From the NCBI RefSeq assembly GCF_009914755.1, contig NC_060937.1: a stretch of 64,000 nucleotides of DNA, one strand, 5' to 3'. The stretch comes from the human T2T-CHM13v2.0 reference genome, Homo sapiens. Numbering within the stretch: position 1 is the stretch's first letter; each line of letters begins with the position of its first letter. The notes beneath the pieces are model-generated. The model had not been told where the DNA came from. It was given only the letters and a program-made list of their open reading frames with translations, and did no database searches. Positions 31,641 through 44,960 of this stretch are shown piece by piece. The position numbers and the translations under genes were made by a program.

Positions 31641-33248
31641 ATAGGTTCTTATTATCATGACAGATAACTTACTGCTTTTCCACACAGAGCACAGCATGAG
31701 AAGCAATAGCACCCTAAGATATTGGATATCCTAGGTTTTTTATTATGGTAATTACATTGTCATTTGGAGTCATTTATATGGCAACAAAACTAATTTCATA
31801 AATAATATGATTATAAAATATTTAATAGAATTTTTCCCCTAAATGACATCATAGATACTAGATTCTGAAAACTGGTATTGGTTTAAGTCACAATTCAGCA
31901 AACTAAAACAAAAGTGTTTCCTCTTTTTATTTTTTCTCTTTATTTTTTTTTCTGTTTGTATTTCTTCCTCAGAGAATATTAAAACTCAATTGGCAACAGG
32001 AGTATTGACAGAATTTGCAGTTAGTTCTGGGTTTTTGAATTGTCTATTACACTTGAGAATAGTAATGTGAAAGGAATTAATATTTAGAGTATAAATGGCA
32101 GAAATGTTTATATTTAGTTCTGACTTTTATTTATGCTTTGTAAATTTTGTAGATGTTGGCTCATGATGAAATAGTTTAATGTATTTTACGACTCACTGGA
32201 ACTTTGGAAAGTAAGATACTCAAGAGTGTTTGAATTGAAAACTTCCACTTAGAAAGTTTTCAGAAAGTTAATAGATCTTATCATATAATATGACAAACAT
32301 ATCAATTATATAAGGAATTGATACACACAAGTCTGGGTTGGTTAAGACATATTAGTGTGAGCTTATATAACTAATAATTAACTTTATAAAATTAAACTGA
32401 GAACTAATTTTTTTGAGATTTGTTTTTTCTATGGAAGCAGAATGTTTAGAAAATCTCTCTGAACATGAGAAATAGGGTTTATCCTTAATGTTATGACATA
32501 CTAAATGATTGCCAATAGAATAGTTGCTATTATGTGGAACTCAGTTTATAACCCTGTCCAGTAAGCTTGGATGAACGAAACAGGGGAAAAGTGGGAGTAC
32601 AGTTTGAGATGGAAAATAGAATAGTGAGTTCTCTTAAATGGGAATAGTTTTAAGAATGTGTTCCATTGACTCCTAACGTTTATCAACAATAGTTTATATC
32701 AACAATAGTTTATTGGTAATGAAAATGTGTAATTTCAGCCTTTGTTTTAGCTGCTTTTAAAATAAATAAGAATGGAGAAGGTAGACATGGAGGAGAAAGA
32801 TGAGCACCTGCCTAGGCTAACGTAACTCTAGGCACTTAGATACAGATTACATTCACAATGCCAAGCAGAAGACAACTCATCCTGTTGTTATATTTTTGTT
32901 CTCTCTATTCTTCCATTTCTCTTCTAAAATCCCTCATTTTTCATGTACATCATCCACATTTTCCATTGGAAAATTTTGTATATTTATCCTTGCTGTTTTT
33001 AAGTCATTAGCTGCTAATCACAACATCTAGGTTATCTGTCTCTTTGTATTAGCATTGTTAGGGATTTTTGTCCATTGATTATGAATTGCACTCTCATTTT
33101 CTTTGCTTTGCTTTGTTTTTATGTTCTAGATATTTTGTATATAACAAGAGAAGCACCTAATGCAAATAAAATGTATCCCCTGAAGAAAGACTACTGCCAG
33201 GTTGAAGGAAACGGTCAAATTTACATGAACAAGAGCTTGTTATGAGAT

Positions 33249-34331
33249 TTAGTGGACAGAATTCTTTTTTTGAGGTGGGAAGATGTGTGCAATGGCGCAA
33301 TCTCACCTCACTGCAACCTCTGCCTTCTGGATTCAAGCGATTCTCCTGCCTCAGCCTCCCGAATGTTGGGATTACAGGCACCTGCCACCATGCCCAGCTA
33401 ATATTTTGTATTTTTTTTTTTTTAGTAGAGATGGGGTTTCACCATGTTGACCAGGTTGGTCTTGAACTCCTGAACTCAGGTGATCTGCTTGCCTTGACCT
33501 CCCAAAGTGCCGGGATTACAGGTGTGAGCCACCGCCCATGATCCCTCCCCAGGTGCACATGCTGTGTATATGCCCCTGGCCTTGGGTGGGACTGTTAATA
33601 TGACGGAGCATCACTCTTGTGATTAGTTTATAATATATCACAAAACTGAAGGAAGTTTTAGATGTAATTAAGGTTCAAAACAGTTGATTTCAAGATATCA
33701 AAAGGGAGAGTAACTTGGATGGGTCTGATTTATTCAGATGAGGGGATTTCAAAGGGTCAGAGATGCAAAGAGAGAAAGATTCTCACAGTAACTTAGCACA
33801 AGTAACCTACTATGTTGGTTTTGTGAACTACAGGGTAAAGCACTGCAGGAGGCCGTTGGTTGCTGAGAGCAGCCCCAGGATGTCAGTTGGCAAGAAAAGA
33901 GGGACCTCTGTCCTACAACCTCAAGGAACTGAATACAGCCCAAACTATGCTAACTGGAAAGAGGACTCCAAGCCTCAGATGAGAGCTCATCACTGGCTGA
34001 CAACTTTTGACACCTTGAGCAGAGGACTCAGTTAACCTGCACCCAATGCTTATGTCTCCCCCAAATTAATCCTAACCCCCAAAGGGGTGATATGGGAGGT
34101 GGAGACTCTGGGACGTGATTAGATAATGAGGGCAGAGCCCTCGTGAGTGAAATTAGTGCCCTTATAAAAGAGGTCTAAGGAAGACCCCTCACTCTTTCTA
34201 CCTTGTTGAGGACAGAGGTGCTATTTATGAAGTGGGACCTGGTCAGACACCTATACTTAGAGGTAATAAATCTGTATTGCTTTAAGCTTTTCCATTGTGA
34301 CAGAGCGTTATGCAGTGATAGAAAACAAATA
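33249..34331 (+). mobile_element. MLT1E-like MaLR LTR containing an Alu (33265-33537) and an MLT1A-like fragment (~34045-34250)
   Basis: 'gctgagagcagccccagg...gggacctctgtcctacaacctcaaggaactgaa...gcctcagatgaga'. End 'ttatgcagtgatagaaaacaaata'. Confidence 0.75.
33265..33537 (-). mobile_element. AluS, partly deleted
   Basis: Alu body 'ctcactgcaacctctgcc...ctcccaaagtgccgggattacaggtgtgagccacc'. Confidence 0.92.
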
Positions 34332-34959
34332 TGTGGGACTTCTTGTAACATGAGTTAGATTTAGTTGCCCATGGCTTACATGTTTTGAGAGTGGAATCAG
34401 AATGTTTTCAATCCAAATACCAGATTTCTTAGCTATAGGAGACCTCTTTCTGCACTGCAGCCCAGCACCGGCTTTTACTTTGCTGCTGAGATCACTTTGC
34501 TCCTCAGTTATTTCGTTGGTTTTGCCACTTTAGGAAATTCTTTCTATGCTTTCATTGCTTTTCCTTAAGACTCTGCACACCTAGGGGGATTTCTCTCCAA
34601 GATCATTATGGCTTTTATTGAGTAGAGCCCTATGCCCTTCAGGGGCATTTCTCCTAGTGCGTCTACTCACTCTTTTGGTTGGACGGTAATAGCTGTGCAC
34701 TCAGGGACTGCTTTGTGTGCCTGGTAGGAGATTTTTCAACCTTTCTGCTCTGCTCCAGTCTGTTAAGGGCCACTGATGCATTTCTGAATGGCCCCATTCA
34801 ACTTGGGAAGTCTGCAGCTCTTCTGCTGTGTCTCAAGACTTCAGCTGGTTTTTAGCTAACTGTAAGAGAGGTTCTTGAACCATGCAGGGAGGTGAAGGTT
34901 TCTTGTGGTCATTCTGTCCTGCTTCAAGCTATTGTCTTAATGCCATCCTACACTAATTA

Positions 34960-35156
34960 AGAGTTTCTCAATTTTCTTAGATTACTTTTTCCTAATTTCC
35001 CTTCATGGTATTTTAATGCCACAGATAATTGTGTATCTATTTATATACTGTGTGCATATCTGTGTTTTATACATGAAAAGGGTAAGATTTTCTTTTACCC
35101 CACAAGAACCAGCTTTCACCCACTCAAGGGTGGTATTGCCTCACTGAGGATGCATG
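34960..35156. mobile_element. hAT-Charlie-type DNA transposon remnant (subfamily uncertain)
   Basis: 'ttttaatgccacagataattgtgtatctatttatatactgtgtgcatatctgtgttttatacat...ctgaggatgcatg' matches a recalled Charlie MITE consensus. Confidence 0.55.
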
Positions 35157-35214
35157 TTCACCTAGAATGCATGTTGGTCCTGTGGATGGATGTTTTGATC
35201 ACCTCCTCTTCACC

Positions 35215-36045
35215 CTGTTGGTGACAGAGGGATTCTCATCCTAGGGTTATGAGAATCATTGACCACGTGTCACCTAATGCTGGACAGACAAAATTGACAG
35301 CAGTTTATTGATCATATATACTCACCCAAGAGAGGATAACTCCACATGTCATTCAAGGTCACATAGGAGTTGCTTTTAGGAACAGAGTTAACAATCAGGG
35401 GGTGTGGGAGGCAGACTTCATAGTATCAAGAGGTGAGGTGCCCACTGGTGCTCATGGCAGGATGTAATTGGTTTCTCTACATAGTTCCACAGGTTGGCAG
35501 AGAATTGAAGACCACTACTCAGGGTAGCAAGAACTACACCTGGAATATTGATAAGGAGGATTGGGTGGCTAACAGACCATATGTGTAGGAGCAGAGGTGG
35601 GAGGTGAACTTGCAAATAGGCCATGCATTAGTCCGTTTTCATGCTGCTGATCAAGACATACCCGAGACTGGGCAAATTACAAAAGAAAGAGTTTTAATAG
35701 ACTTGTAGTTCCACATGGCTGGAGAGGCCTCACAATCGTGGTGGAAGGCAAGGAGGAGCAAGTCACATCTTACACTATGGCAGCAGGCAAAGAGAGCGCT
35801 TGTGCAGGGAAACTCCCATTTTAAAACCATCAGATCTCGTGAGACTTATTCACTATCATGAGAACAGAATGGGAAAGACCCACTCTCATGATTCAATTAT
35901 CTACCACTGGGTCCTTTCCACAACACATGGGAATTATGGGAGCTACAAGATGAGATTTGGGTGGGGACACAGAGCCAAACCATATCAGGCCATTAAGCAA
36001 CCCCCAACTTTATCAGATATCAAAATAGCACATAACATTACACCG
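35215..36045 (-). mobile_element. Old ERVL LTR (MER76/MER70-like) split by THE1
   Basis: 'ctggacagacaaaattgacagcagtttattgatcatatatactcac...aacagagttaacaatcagggggtgtgggaggcag'. The sequence continues after the THE1 TSD. Confidence 0.5.
35624..35987 (-). mobile_element. THE1 (A/B-like) solo LTR
   Basis: 'tgcattagtccgttttcatgctgctgat...ccaaaccatatca' with 5-bp TSD ggcca. Confidence 0.93.
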
Positions 36046-36599
36046 TAAGTTTAGGTCTTGCCCCACAGTGGACTCTATGACTGGAGTTCTTGGGAATTCT
36101 AATTCCTCAAACTAGCCCACCAAGGCAATTACAATTTGGCTAATTACTAACCCCTTCCACAAGAATTCACACCTCCACCATCTGTAGGACTGTGGCTCAT
36201 ATTAGAAAAAGATCTCTTCATTTCTGGGGCTCATCCCTTTTTTGGAATTTGTTTAATTTAATTTTTTTTTTTGCACCTTTAGGCCTCCAATGTATTTAAA
36301 ACATTAATTGTTATAGTTTATTCAACTTATACTTTTTAGTATCGAAGCGATGATTTCTGGTGATATTCAATATTCTAACTAGAATCATAACTTGGGTTTT
36401 TAAAGGAAAATTTATGAGGGTATCTTCCAATATTTTATTCCAACTTTTCCATATTTTGAATTAAAATGTTTGTTATTGAGATGGAAAAAGACATCAGTGA
36501 AAACGTTTTATATCATTCTAGATGAACTGAAGCAGCTTAAGACACATTAACAATTTTTAATATTAAGAACCACGTGTTTAGAAATAATATTACTGAGAA

Positions 36600-37110
36600 G
36601 TGGGGTAGGAAGAATAACTCCCTCTCCCTTTTCCAGGATATCCATTCCCTAATTTCCAGAAACTGTTAATATGTTGCCTTATGTGGCAAAAGAGACATTG
36701 AAAATGTGACTGACCCTATGGATCTTGAGAGGGAGAGTTATCCTGGATTGTCTGAGTGAACTCAGAACAAGAGTACATAAAAGTAGAAAATAATTGTCTG
36801 CTGAGGTGAGTAAAAATCATAGATAACTATGAAATAAGTGTTCTAAATATGCAATAATCATGACTTTGAATATAGAAGACAAGTTCTAAGGCCAAGGTAA
36901 CAGACGGCCCTAGAAGCCAGAAAGAGTAGGCAACACACCCTTCCCTGGAGCCTCCAGAAGGGAACACGGCCCTGCCAACACCTTGATGTTAGCCCAGGGA
37001 GACCCAGGTTGGACTTCTGACCTACGGAATAATAAGACAATAAATTTGTGTTGTTTTAAGCAAAAAGTTTATGGAAATTTGCCAGGACTCATATGCTATT
37101 ATAGAAATAT
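36600..37110 (+). mobile_element. MLT1D/C-like MaLR LTR
   Basis: 'tggagcctccagaagggaacacggccctgccaacaccttgatgttagcccagggagacccaggttggacttctgacct...aataaatttgtgttgttttaagc'. Confidence 0.85.
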
Positions 37111-39288
37111 TTATTCTTTCCATAGAAATAAAATGCTAACTATAGGCTAAGAATATCAATATTCAATATCAACATCAATATTTGATAAAGAATATCAAAC
37201 GCAAATGATTTTTAATGAAGTAACTATTTCTATCCCATCAGAGACCCTTTATTTTCTTAGAGGAAGAAAGGCTTTATGCTTTGCAAAGCTTTTACAAAAA
37301 CTTCTTAGCTTGTGTTGAGTTTGAGTTGTTGCTTTTTCTTCCGCATTTGTGCATGTTCATAACATACATCCCAATTAATTTTACTATATTCACCAACAGG
37401 CCTGTAACGTGTATTCCTTCACTTCCTTATGCTATATCTAGAAGGTACCATATACTGTATCAAGAAAACTTAAAAATATTGTCCTATTTATATGGATAGA
37501 AGTTTTGCATTTTCAGGATACAGATATTTATGACAGTTGCCTGTTCCAGGGCACACATAACACTCACAGTCAGACATATCTATAGATCCTTGAGCACAAT
37601 TCAGTCCCTCTACCATGAGCTCTAGAGTATGATGAGGGCAATTCTCCACACAAATGAGCTGGCCTCAGAAGTTTGTCCAAAACTTTATTCAACTCATCTA
37701 TCTCTAGAAAAATTACATGACTCAAGGTGAGAAAATACAGATTTTATTAACTTGCATTCTCTGAAAGTCTGCATGGCTCACACCTTCCCCATGGTGGGCC
37801 TCCTTGTCATTGCATATAGTGAAGTATCTACTTTCCATGATAGAAATTTTATTTTCTTGAGGCTATACACTGTGAGATTTCATTTTGACAGTGACTGGTT
37901 AAAAGACAAAAAATCTCCTCAAGCACTGTAATCTTATCTTTCAGTGTTTAAGCACAACAAAAATTACAGAGCTTACATTCACATTCCTATTTTGTGGTTA
38001 AAAAAAAAGCAATTTTGTATAAAACTATAGGGGATAACCAGGGTCCTGAAGCCCTACACACTCTTGGCCGCAGGTGATCTGAATTGGAAGGTGAATGTAA
38101 CATTTGACAGGGATCTTTGAGCATAAAAAAAAGAAATAGAAGAAGAACTAAAGTCTCTGAAAATAATAATAAATTATTAGACTTTTTATAAATGGTGCAG
38201 CCAATCAGATTGAGAAGTGTAGAAATAATATGAACCATTACTGAATCTTTAAATAATATAAGTTGCAAAGAACTGTTACTACTCACCAAAGAGCTCGAGA
38301 ATTTTTTTCTTGCCTTATAAATTAATTTCTAGGTAGAGATGATAAGAGAAGAAACTAATTTTATCCTAGGTAAAATTTTCACATAGTGAAATCTGGCTAG
38401 TTAAAAAAGAAAAAGAAGATATTGTACCTAACACACTTTAAACAACAAAATGAACAAAACAAAACAAAAACTTTGAAATATCCATCTATTAAACATCTAC
38501 TTATCTATTTTTCTACCCAATGCCCATGTCAAAGTATCATTTCTCAAGGGCACAGATGCTGAAAAGCAACATTTTGTCGTGGAAAAAAAAACCCATAATT
38601 TTTCTTCCTTATTGCTATGGATTTCATTTTCATATGGTATCTAATAAAATATTATTTAGGAATATATGCTATTTTGACATACAGTGGAACCAGATTAAAT
38701 TTTTAATGTGCATTTATTTTAGTAAATGCTTTTTTTTTCTAAAACAGTGGATATTTGTAAGATAATGCTACTGAACTCATAGCAAAATAGTTGTAGAATC
38801 CTAAGGTAATAGTCTTATTTCTTGTTTGTGTTTGGAAGGTTGTTTTTTCTTTCTGCATCTTTTTTCATGTATGGCTCCACACAGGAGTCCCTCCAGGCAG
38901 TGCTTCCCTACCAGCCAGTCCTTCATAGGTTATCTTCATGAGTGCCCAGCAGTCTGCAGGCTACCGCTCTCCCAGAGCTGTTGAAGTAATCATTTTATCC
39001 GCAGGACACACTGGGTATCAGTAGTGTTCTTAAGAAAACATGTTCCTCTTGAAACAACTACCAAGTTCCCAAATGCATCAGCAGAATTTTAAAATAGCAG
39101 TCTTCCTGAATTCCTAGGTAAGGCAACCAGGCTGCTTGCTACTGCTGACAAGATCAGGTGGTTACCGGGAATCTCTTAATTCACCTTCATGGACTTCAGG
39201 GGCACATTTTCTGCCTTGTTCTTACCAGCTTCTTATTTCCTGGGGACCAATATGTATATGCACTTCTTATTTCCTGGGGACGAAGCAG

Positions 39289-39384
39289 GTATGAGGAATG
39301 CTATTGGCCCTACTTGTACCCATAGAGGGAAGATTAATGACTTCCCTCTATGGGTACAAGTAGGGCCAATAGCATTCCTCATAC
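39289..39384. repeat. Perfect palindrome: 44-bp arms, 8-nt spacer
   Basis: gtatgaggaatgctattggccctacttgtacccatagagggaag-attaatga-cttccctctatgggtacaagtagggccaatagcattcctcatac; the arms are exact reverse complements. Confidence 0.97.
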
Positions 39385-40765
39385 ATGTTCTCATATTTCA
39401 TTTTGCCTACCTCTTTTTTTTTTGACCCTTCTACCTGACTATCCTGACCTTCCTTGGTGTGTTCCCACCAAAATGTCCCTAGCCTATGTTTGCCCAATGA
39501 AACTGTGCACACATTTAACCTTGGACTTTCCGTAATGTGTTAACATTGTTTTGTAAATACCCCAAGACTCACTTGGGGCATTATGACTCACTAACTTTTG
39601 TCTTGAAGGAGGACGGATTGAACATGCTTACTGTAGAAAAGGTGACAAGTCTTACTAAAAAGAGAAAATAAAAACCAAGTCATGGATGTACTAGAAAATC
39701 TGTTGTTTATAGAAGACAAGCAGTTCAGTAGGGAACTTTTGAACTCATTCACTGAAAAGAGTGAAAACTGAGTGGAGAAAAATAATGTAAAAGAATTTTG
39801 AGGGGCTAGATTCTTCAAATTTGACATTTCAGAAAATCATAGAGAAAACACTTTCCTAAAAGAGTCAAACAAAAAATAATCACTCAGGAAACTATTTCAT
39901 CGATCTTGGCAAAGTATAGTGATTAAAATGCTTCATAATTGTTGAAGACAAAAGCAAGTGAGTAAAACGAAAGCAGGATGAGCAAAGGTCTGAGACCTAA
40001 ATGAATATAAGAATCAGAAGTCACAAGTTTAGAAGCCAAGATTATCTGAAAAGTACTGCGCACCCTAGTCAATACAACACAACACAGAAATAACAATAAT
40101 GATGAAGTTATAGCTACTAGGGAAGTAATTCATATAAATGTTATAAGATTATGATCCACTAAATATTAAGTGACAATTGTGAAATGAATGTACTCATTGA
40201 AGTAGTTAGAGGATTTAATGAAAGTGCCTGAATGTCAATAATAGATATGAAGTTAATCTAATACTTTAGAACATTTTTCAATTTATACCAGGAATAACAC
40301 AAATATTTAAAATGTGTAAATGTAACTTCATATTCATATGTAAATACTGATTTAGAAAAAATAATAAATAGAAATGCCAAATATTATAATGGATATTAAA
40401 TTATGCATTTATATAATTTATATATAAATGAAATAAAGTCATATTTAATCTGGCATAAATTAAGACTAGCCGGGGGATTTAAAAATGCGAGTAAAATTTT
40501 GAACATAGATATTAAAAATAAAATGAAATGAAAAAATTAAAATATATTGCCCTGATATATTTGACACATTTTATCATAATTTCTTGTATGATAAAATTAG
40601 TAGCATACATTTGTGAAAATATTAAATAAATTAATTTCTGATATTGGCTTAAATTATGAGTTATTTGAATGAAAGCTAATGTAAAAAAATTTTCACACAG
40701 CATACCCCATATTGTCTTTGAGGTGAATCAAGAAATAAAATATCTAAAATAAGAACATATGTATT

Positions 40766-41113
<348 letters not shown>

Positions 41114-41391
41114 TTATAGTACATACACACAAACATATATGTGTGTATGTACTATAAATTAATATTTTATTATGTATCTAATCTTTATGTTTTGACTTTT
41201 TGTTTTTGAAACATCTTTTTGCCTAGAGAATTAAAACTAATAAGCCAATAATTTTTTAAGTTTTGCAACTAGCATGAAAGGAAGTCAATAATAATATTAA
41301 CACAAATATCTCATATATTAAGAACAAAGTATTAACAACCAAAAACAGATATAAAAAATCCATAAAATTTGCCACATTTTATTGACAAATG

Positions 41392-41513
41392 TCTAATAAT
41401 GTACACATTGAATTCAAGAGCATAGGTGAAAAGTATATTGCACTCAAGTGCATAGGCAACAATTATATTGTGCTGTCACCTATGCACTTGAATTGAGAGT
41501 GTACATTATTAGA
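41392..41513. repeat. Imperfect inverted repeat (38-bp arms, 34/38) with an internal tandem duplicate of the left-arm end
   Basis: 41392-41429 is the reverse complement of 41476-41513. 41414-41440 is repeated at 41444-41470 (22/27). Confidence 0.9.
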
Positions 41514-41669
41514 AAGTGTTCAGAAAAAAAGTTCGTCACAAATACATTTGTCAAATGTTTACCTTAATTTTTAATAATTACATTTCATTCAGAAACTATT
41601 CTAAAATATACACCTGAAAATAAGCAGTAGATGTATATATTGTGAATTTCATTTAAAAGTGGACAACAG

Positions 41670-42482
41670 TAAAAACATTCCTTAAAAACTTAAAAAGAGA
41701 ACTACCCCTTGATTCAACAATTCCGCTATTGCATATACAGCCAAAGAAAATGAAATGAGTGTGTTGAAGAGATAACTGCACTCCCATATTTATTGTTGTC
41801 AACCTAAGTATCCAGCAAGGACACATAAGTTGATTTTTTTAATGTAGTACATGGATGCAGTACTCTTCATCGCTAAAAAACGAATAAAACTCTGTCACTT
41901 GTGATGACAACATGGGTGAACCTAAACGGCATTATGCTAAGTAAAATAATTCAAGCATGAAAGAACAAATACCATATAATCTTACTTATTTGTGAAATCT
42001 AAAAAAAAAATGATCTCATAAAAGTAGAGAGGCTGTGGGGAAGCAGAGAGGAAGGGGGATGAAGGGATGTTAGTAACAACTAACTGTACAAAGTTACAGT
42101 TAGAAAGGACGAATAAGTCCTGGTGCTCTATTGCACACTAGGGTAACTACAGTTAGTAATGTGTTGTATGTTTCAAAATTGCTAAAAGAGAGGATTTTGA
42201 ATGTTCCCACCACAAATAAATAACAAGTGTTTCAGGTGATATACTAATGATCATGATTTGATTTACACAATGTATACATTGTGTATTGAATACAATACAT
42301 GTATTCAATACATGTATTGAAATATCACACTGCAACTCATATATACATGTGCATTTCTATATACATGTGTGCATATATATTTGTCTATATAACTGATATG
42401 TATATATAATAATTTTATATATGTATGTGTATGTATATGTAAAATTATTTGTCACTTAAAAACAAAATAAAACTTTAAAAAA
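41670..42482 (+). mobile_element. L1MA-type 3' end
   Basis: 'gaagagataactgcactcccatatttattg', 'tggtgctctattgcacactagggtaactacagttag', 'gaggattttgaatgttcccaccacaaa'. Confidence 0.85.
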
Positions 42483-43422
42483 CACAGCTAATCTCACATA
42501 AAAGTAGTATTGGAAACCACCAATTTTTTACTAAGTATTGAAAACCACTAATCACCAATATATGTGATTATGAATCTGTAAAAGAATGATTATAGATTAT
42601 AGACATGTTAACTAGTGACCAAAGAAAGAATAACAATTGTGTACATATTATAAGAATGATTGCATTTAATTTAGAAGGATAAAAATATATGTCATATGCA
42701 TTTGGAGAATGTACTAAATACAAATTCTTATCTATTTAATTAGAACAAAGTTACATCTTGAAGTTGAAAATTCCATCCAATAAATTAGATAAAATTCATT
42801 AAAATAAATAGCACTATTGTTACTATTTTGAATATCATTAGCCTTCTTGAATTCAAATGTTTCACATAAAATATTACTGAAAAATTCTTCAAACTTGACT
42901 GAAAAAGTATATCTCATAAATAACTCTGGAAAATAATTTTATGAAATATAAAAGGTATCAGACTCCCCTACTAGCACAGAGCGGTTTTTAATACCTTTTA
43001 AAAATTATCATAACCTTGATTTTAGTATAAACTAATTTGGAAAATTTTCCCTTTGTTGGTCATTAAATGTTTTTATGTAACTGATACATCATGGCATTTA
43101 GTGATATACTTGACCAAATTAAAGTTGTAAAATGTGTTTAAATAATATCCAAGGAGTTGTTTTAGACAGTAACAGTGTGACTCGAGTTAATGTTTTCCCT
43201 ATAATACTATTTTTTACTTGTCTATTTAGTCTGTAAATAATAAGGTCCTTCCTTTTTCCTTTTCTTGTATCCTCTTATTCAAGAAATGCTGGGTTAATAA
43301 CAGTGAGGAGTAATACAGATAATCCAGAATTTCTGTAGAAGGAGGGATTGGAGGAGATAATTGGAATAGAATCAAGGCTATTTTTCTATGAGGCTGTCAT
43401 GAAGCTTACTCACATAGCATGT

Positions 43423-44597
43423 TGTATTAGTCCGTTCTCATGCTGCTATGAAAAAATACCCAAGACAGAGAAATGTATAAAGGAAGACGTTTAATTGACT
43501 CACAGTTACACAGTGCTGCGGAAGCCTTAGGAAACTTACCATCATGCCTTAAAAGGAAGGAAACACATTCTTCTTTACATGGCAGCAGGAAGGAGAAAGG
43601 AGGGGCTGCTGCAAAGATCTCTGAAATGCACTGGAGACATTTTTCCCATTGTCTTGGTGATTAACATTTGGCTCTTCCTTGAATTTCTCCTCAGAAAATT
43701 TTTTTTCTATCACATCATCAGGCTGCATATTTTGCAGACTTACATTCTGCTTCCCTTTTAAACATAAGTACCAATTTGAAACCATATCTTTGTGAATACA
43801 TAAAACCGAATGCTTTTAACATCACCCAAGTCACCTCTTGAATGCTTTGCTGCTTAGAAATTTCTTCTGCCAGATGCCCTAAATCTCTTTCAAGTTCAAA
43901 TTTCCACAGATCTCTAGGGCGGAGGAAAAATGCCACCAGTCTCTTTGCTAAAGCATAGCAAGAATCACCTTTATTTCAGTTCCCAACAAGTTCTTCATCT
44001 CCATTTCAGACCACCTCAGCCTGGACTTCATTTTCCATATTATCAGCAATTTGTTGAAAGCTATTCAACATGACTCTAGGAAGTTCCAAACTTTCCAACA
44101 TTTTCCTATCTTTCTTCAGCCCTCCAAGTTTTTCCAAGCTCTGCCTGTTACCCAGTTCCAAAGTTGCTTCCCCATTTTCAGGTATTTTTACAGCAGTGCC
44201 CCACTTTCTGCAGTACCAATTTACTGTGTTAGTCTGTTCTCATACTGCTATGAAGAAATATACAAGACTGGGTAATTTACAAAGTAAAGAAGTTTAATTT
44301 ACATACAGTTCTGCAGTGCTGGGGAGGCCTCAGGAAACTTACAATCATGGTGGAAAAGGAAGCAAACATGTTCTTCTTCACATGGTGGCAGGAAGGAGAA
44401 GTGTAGAGCAAAGGGGTAAGGGTCTCTTTTAAAGTAATCAGATCTCATGAGAACTCACTCATTATCATTAGAACAGCATAAGTGAACCACCTCCATAATC
44501 AAATCACCTTTCATGGAGTCCCTCCCACAATATGTGGGGATTATGGGAATTACAATTCAAAATCAGATTTGGGTGGGGATACAGCCAAACCATATCA
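43423..44597 (-). mobile_element. Internally deleted THE1 (C/D-like) element: full 5' LTR 44225-44597, THE1-int ~43598-44224, partial 3' LTR 43423-43597
   Basis: Two LTR ends 'tgt(a/g)ttagtc', MaLR internal sequence between them, 5-bp TSD catgt (43418-43422 and 44598-44602). Confidence 0.9.
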
Positions 44598-44706
44598 CAT
44601 GTATAGCCTCACCAGTGTGTGTGTGTGTGTGTGTGCACTTAACTTACATAGCATGTTACCTCTTTGTATCATCCCCCTTAAATGTACATTTCTCAAAATC
44701 ATTGTC

Positions 44707-44960
44707 TTTTTTTTTAATGGAGTCTCACTCTGTCACCCACGCTGGAGTGCAGTGGTGCGATCTCAGCTCACTGCAGCCTCCACCTCCTGGGATAAAGTGA
44801 TTCTCCTGCCTCAGCCTCCCAAGTATGCGGGATTACAGATGTGTGCCACCATGTCCTGCTAATTTTTGCATTTTTAGTAGAGATGGAGGGTTTCACTATG
44901 TTGGCCAGGCTGGTCTTGAAATCCTGACCTCAGGTGATATCCTCACTTTGGCCTCCCAAA
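44707..44960 (-). mobile_element. AluS, missing its 5' ~30 bp
   Basis: Alu body ending at 'ggcctcccaaa'. Confidence 0.92.

Noticed and set aside
31921-32216. Strong polypyrimidine tract and AG at 31971-31972 with a possible donor at 32211
   Set aside because: T-rich tracts are common here and no sustained ORF follows. Unsupported without RNA data.
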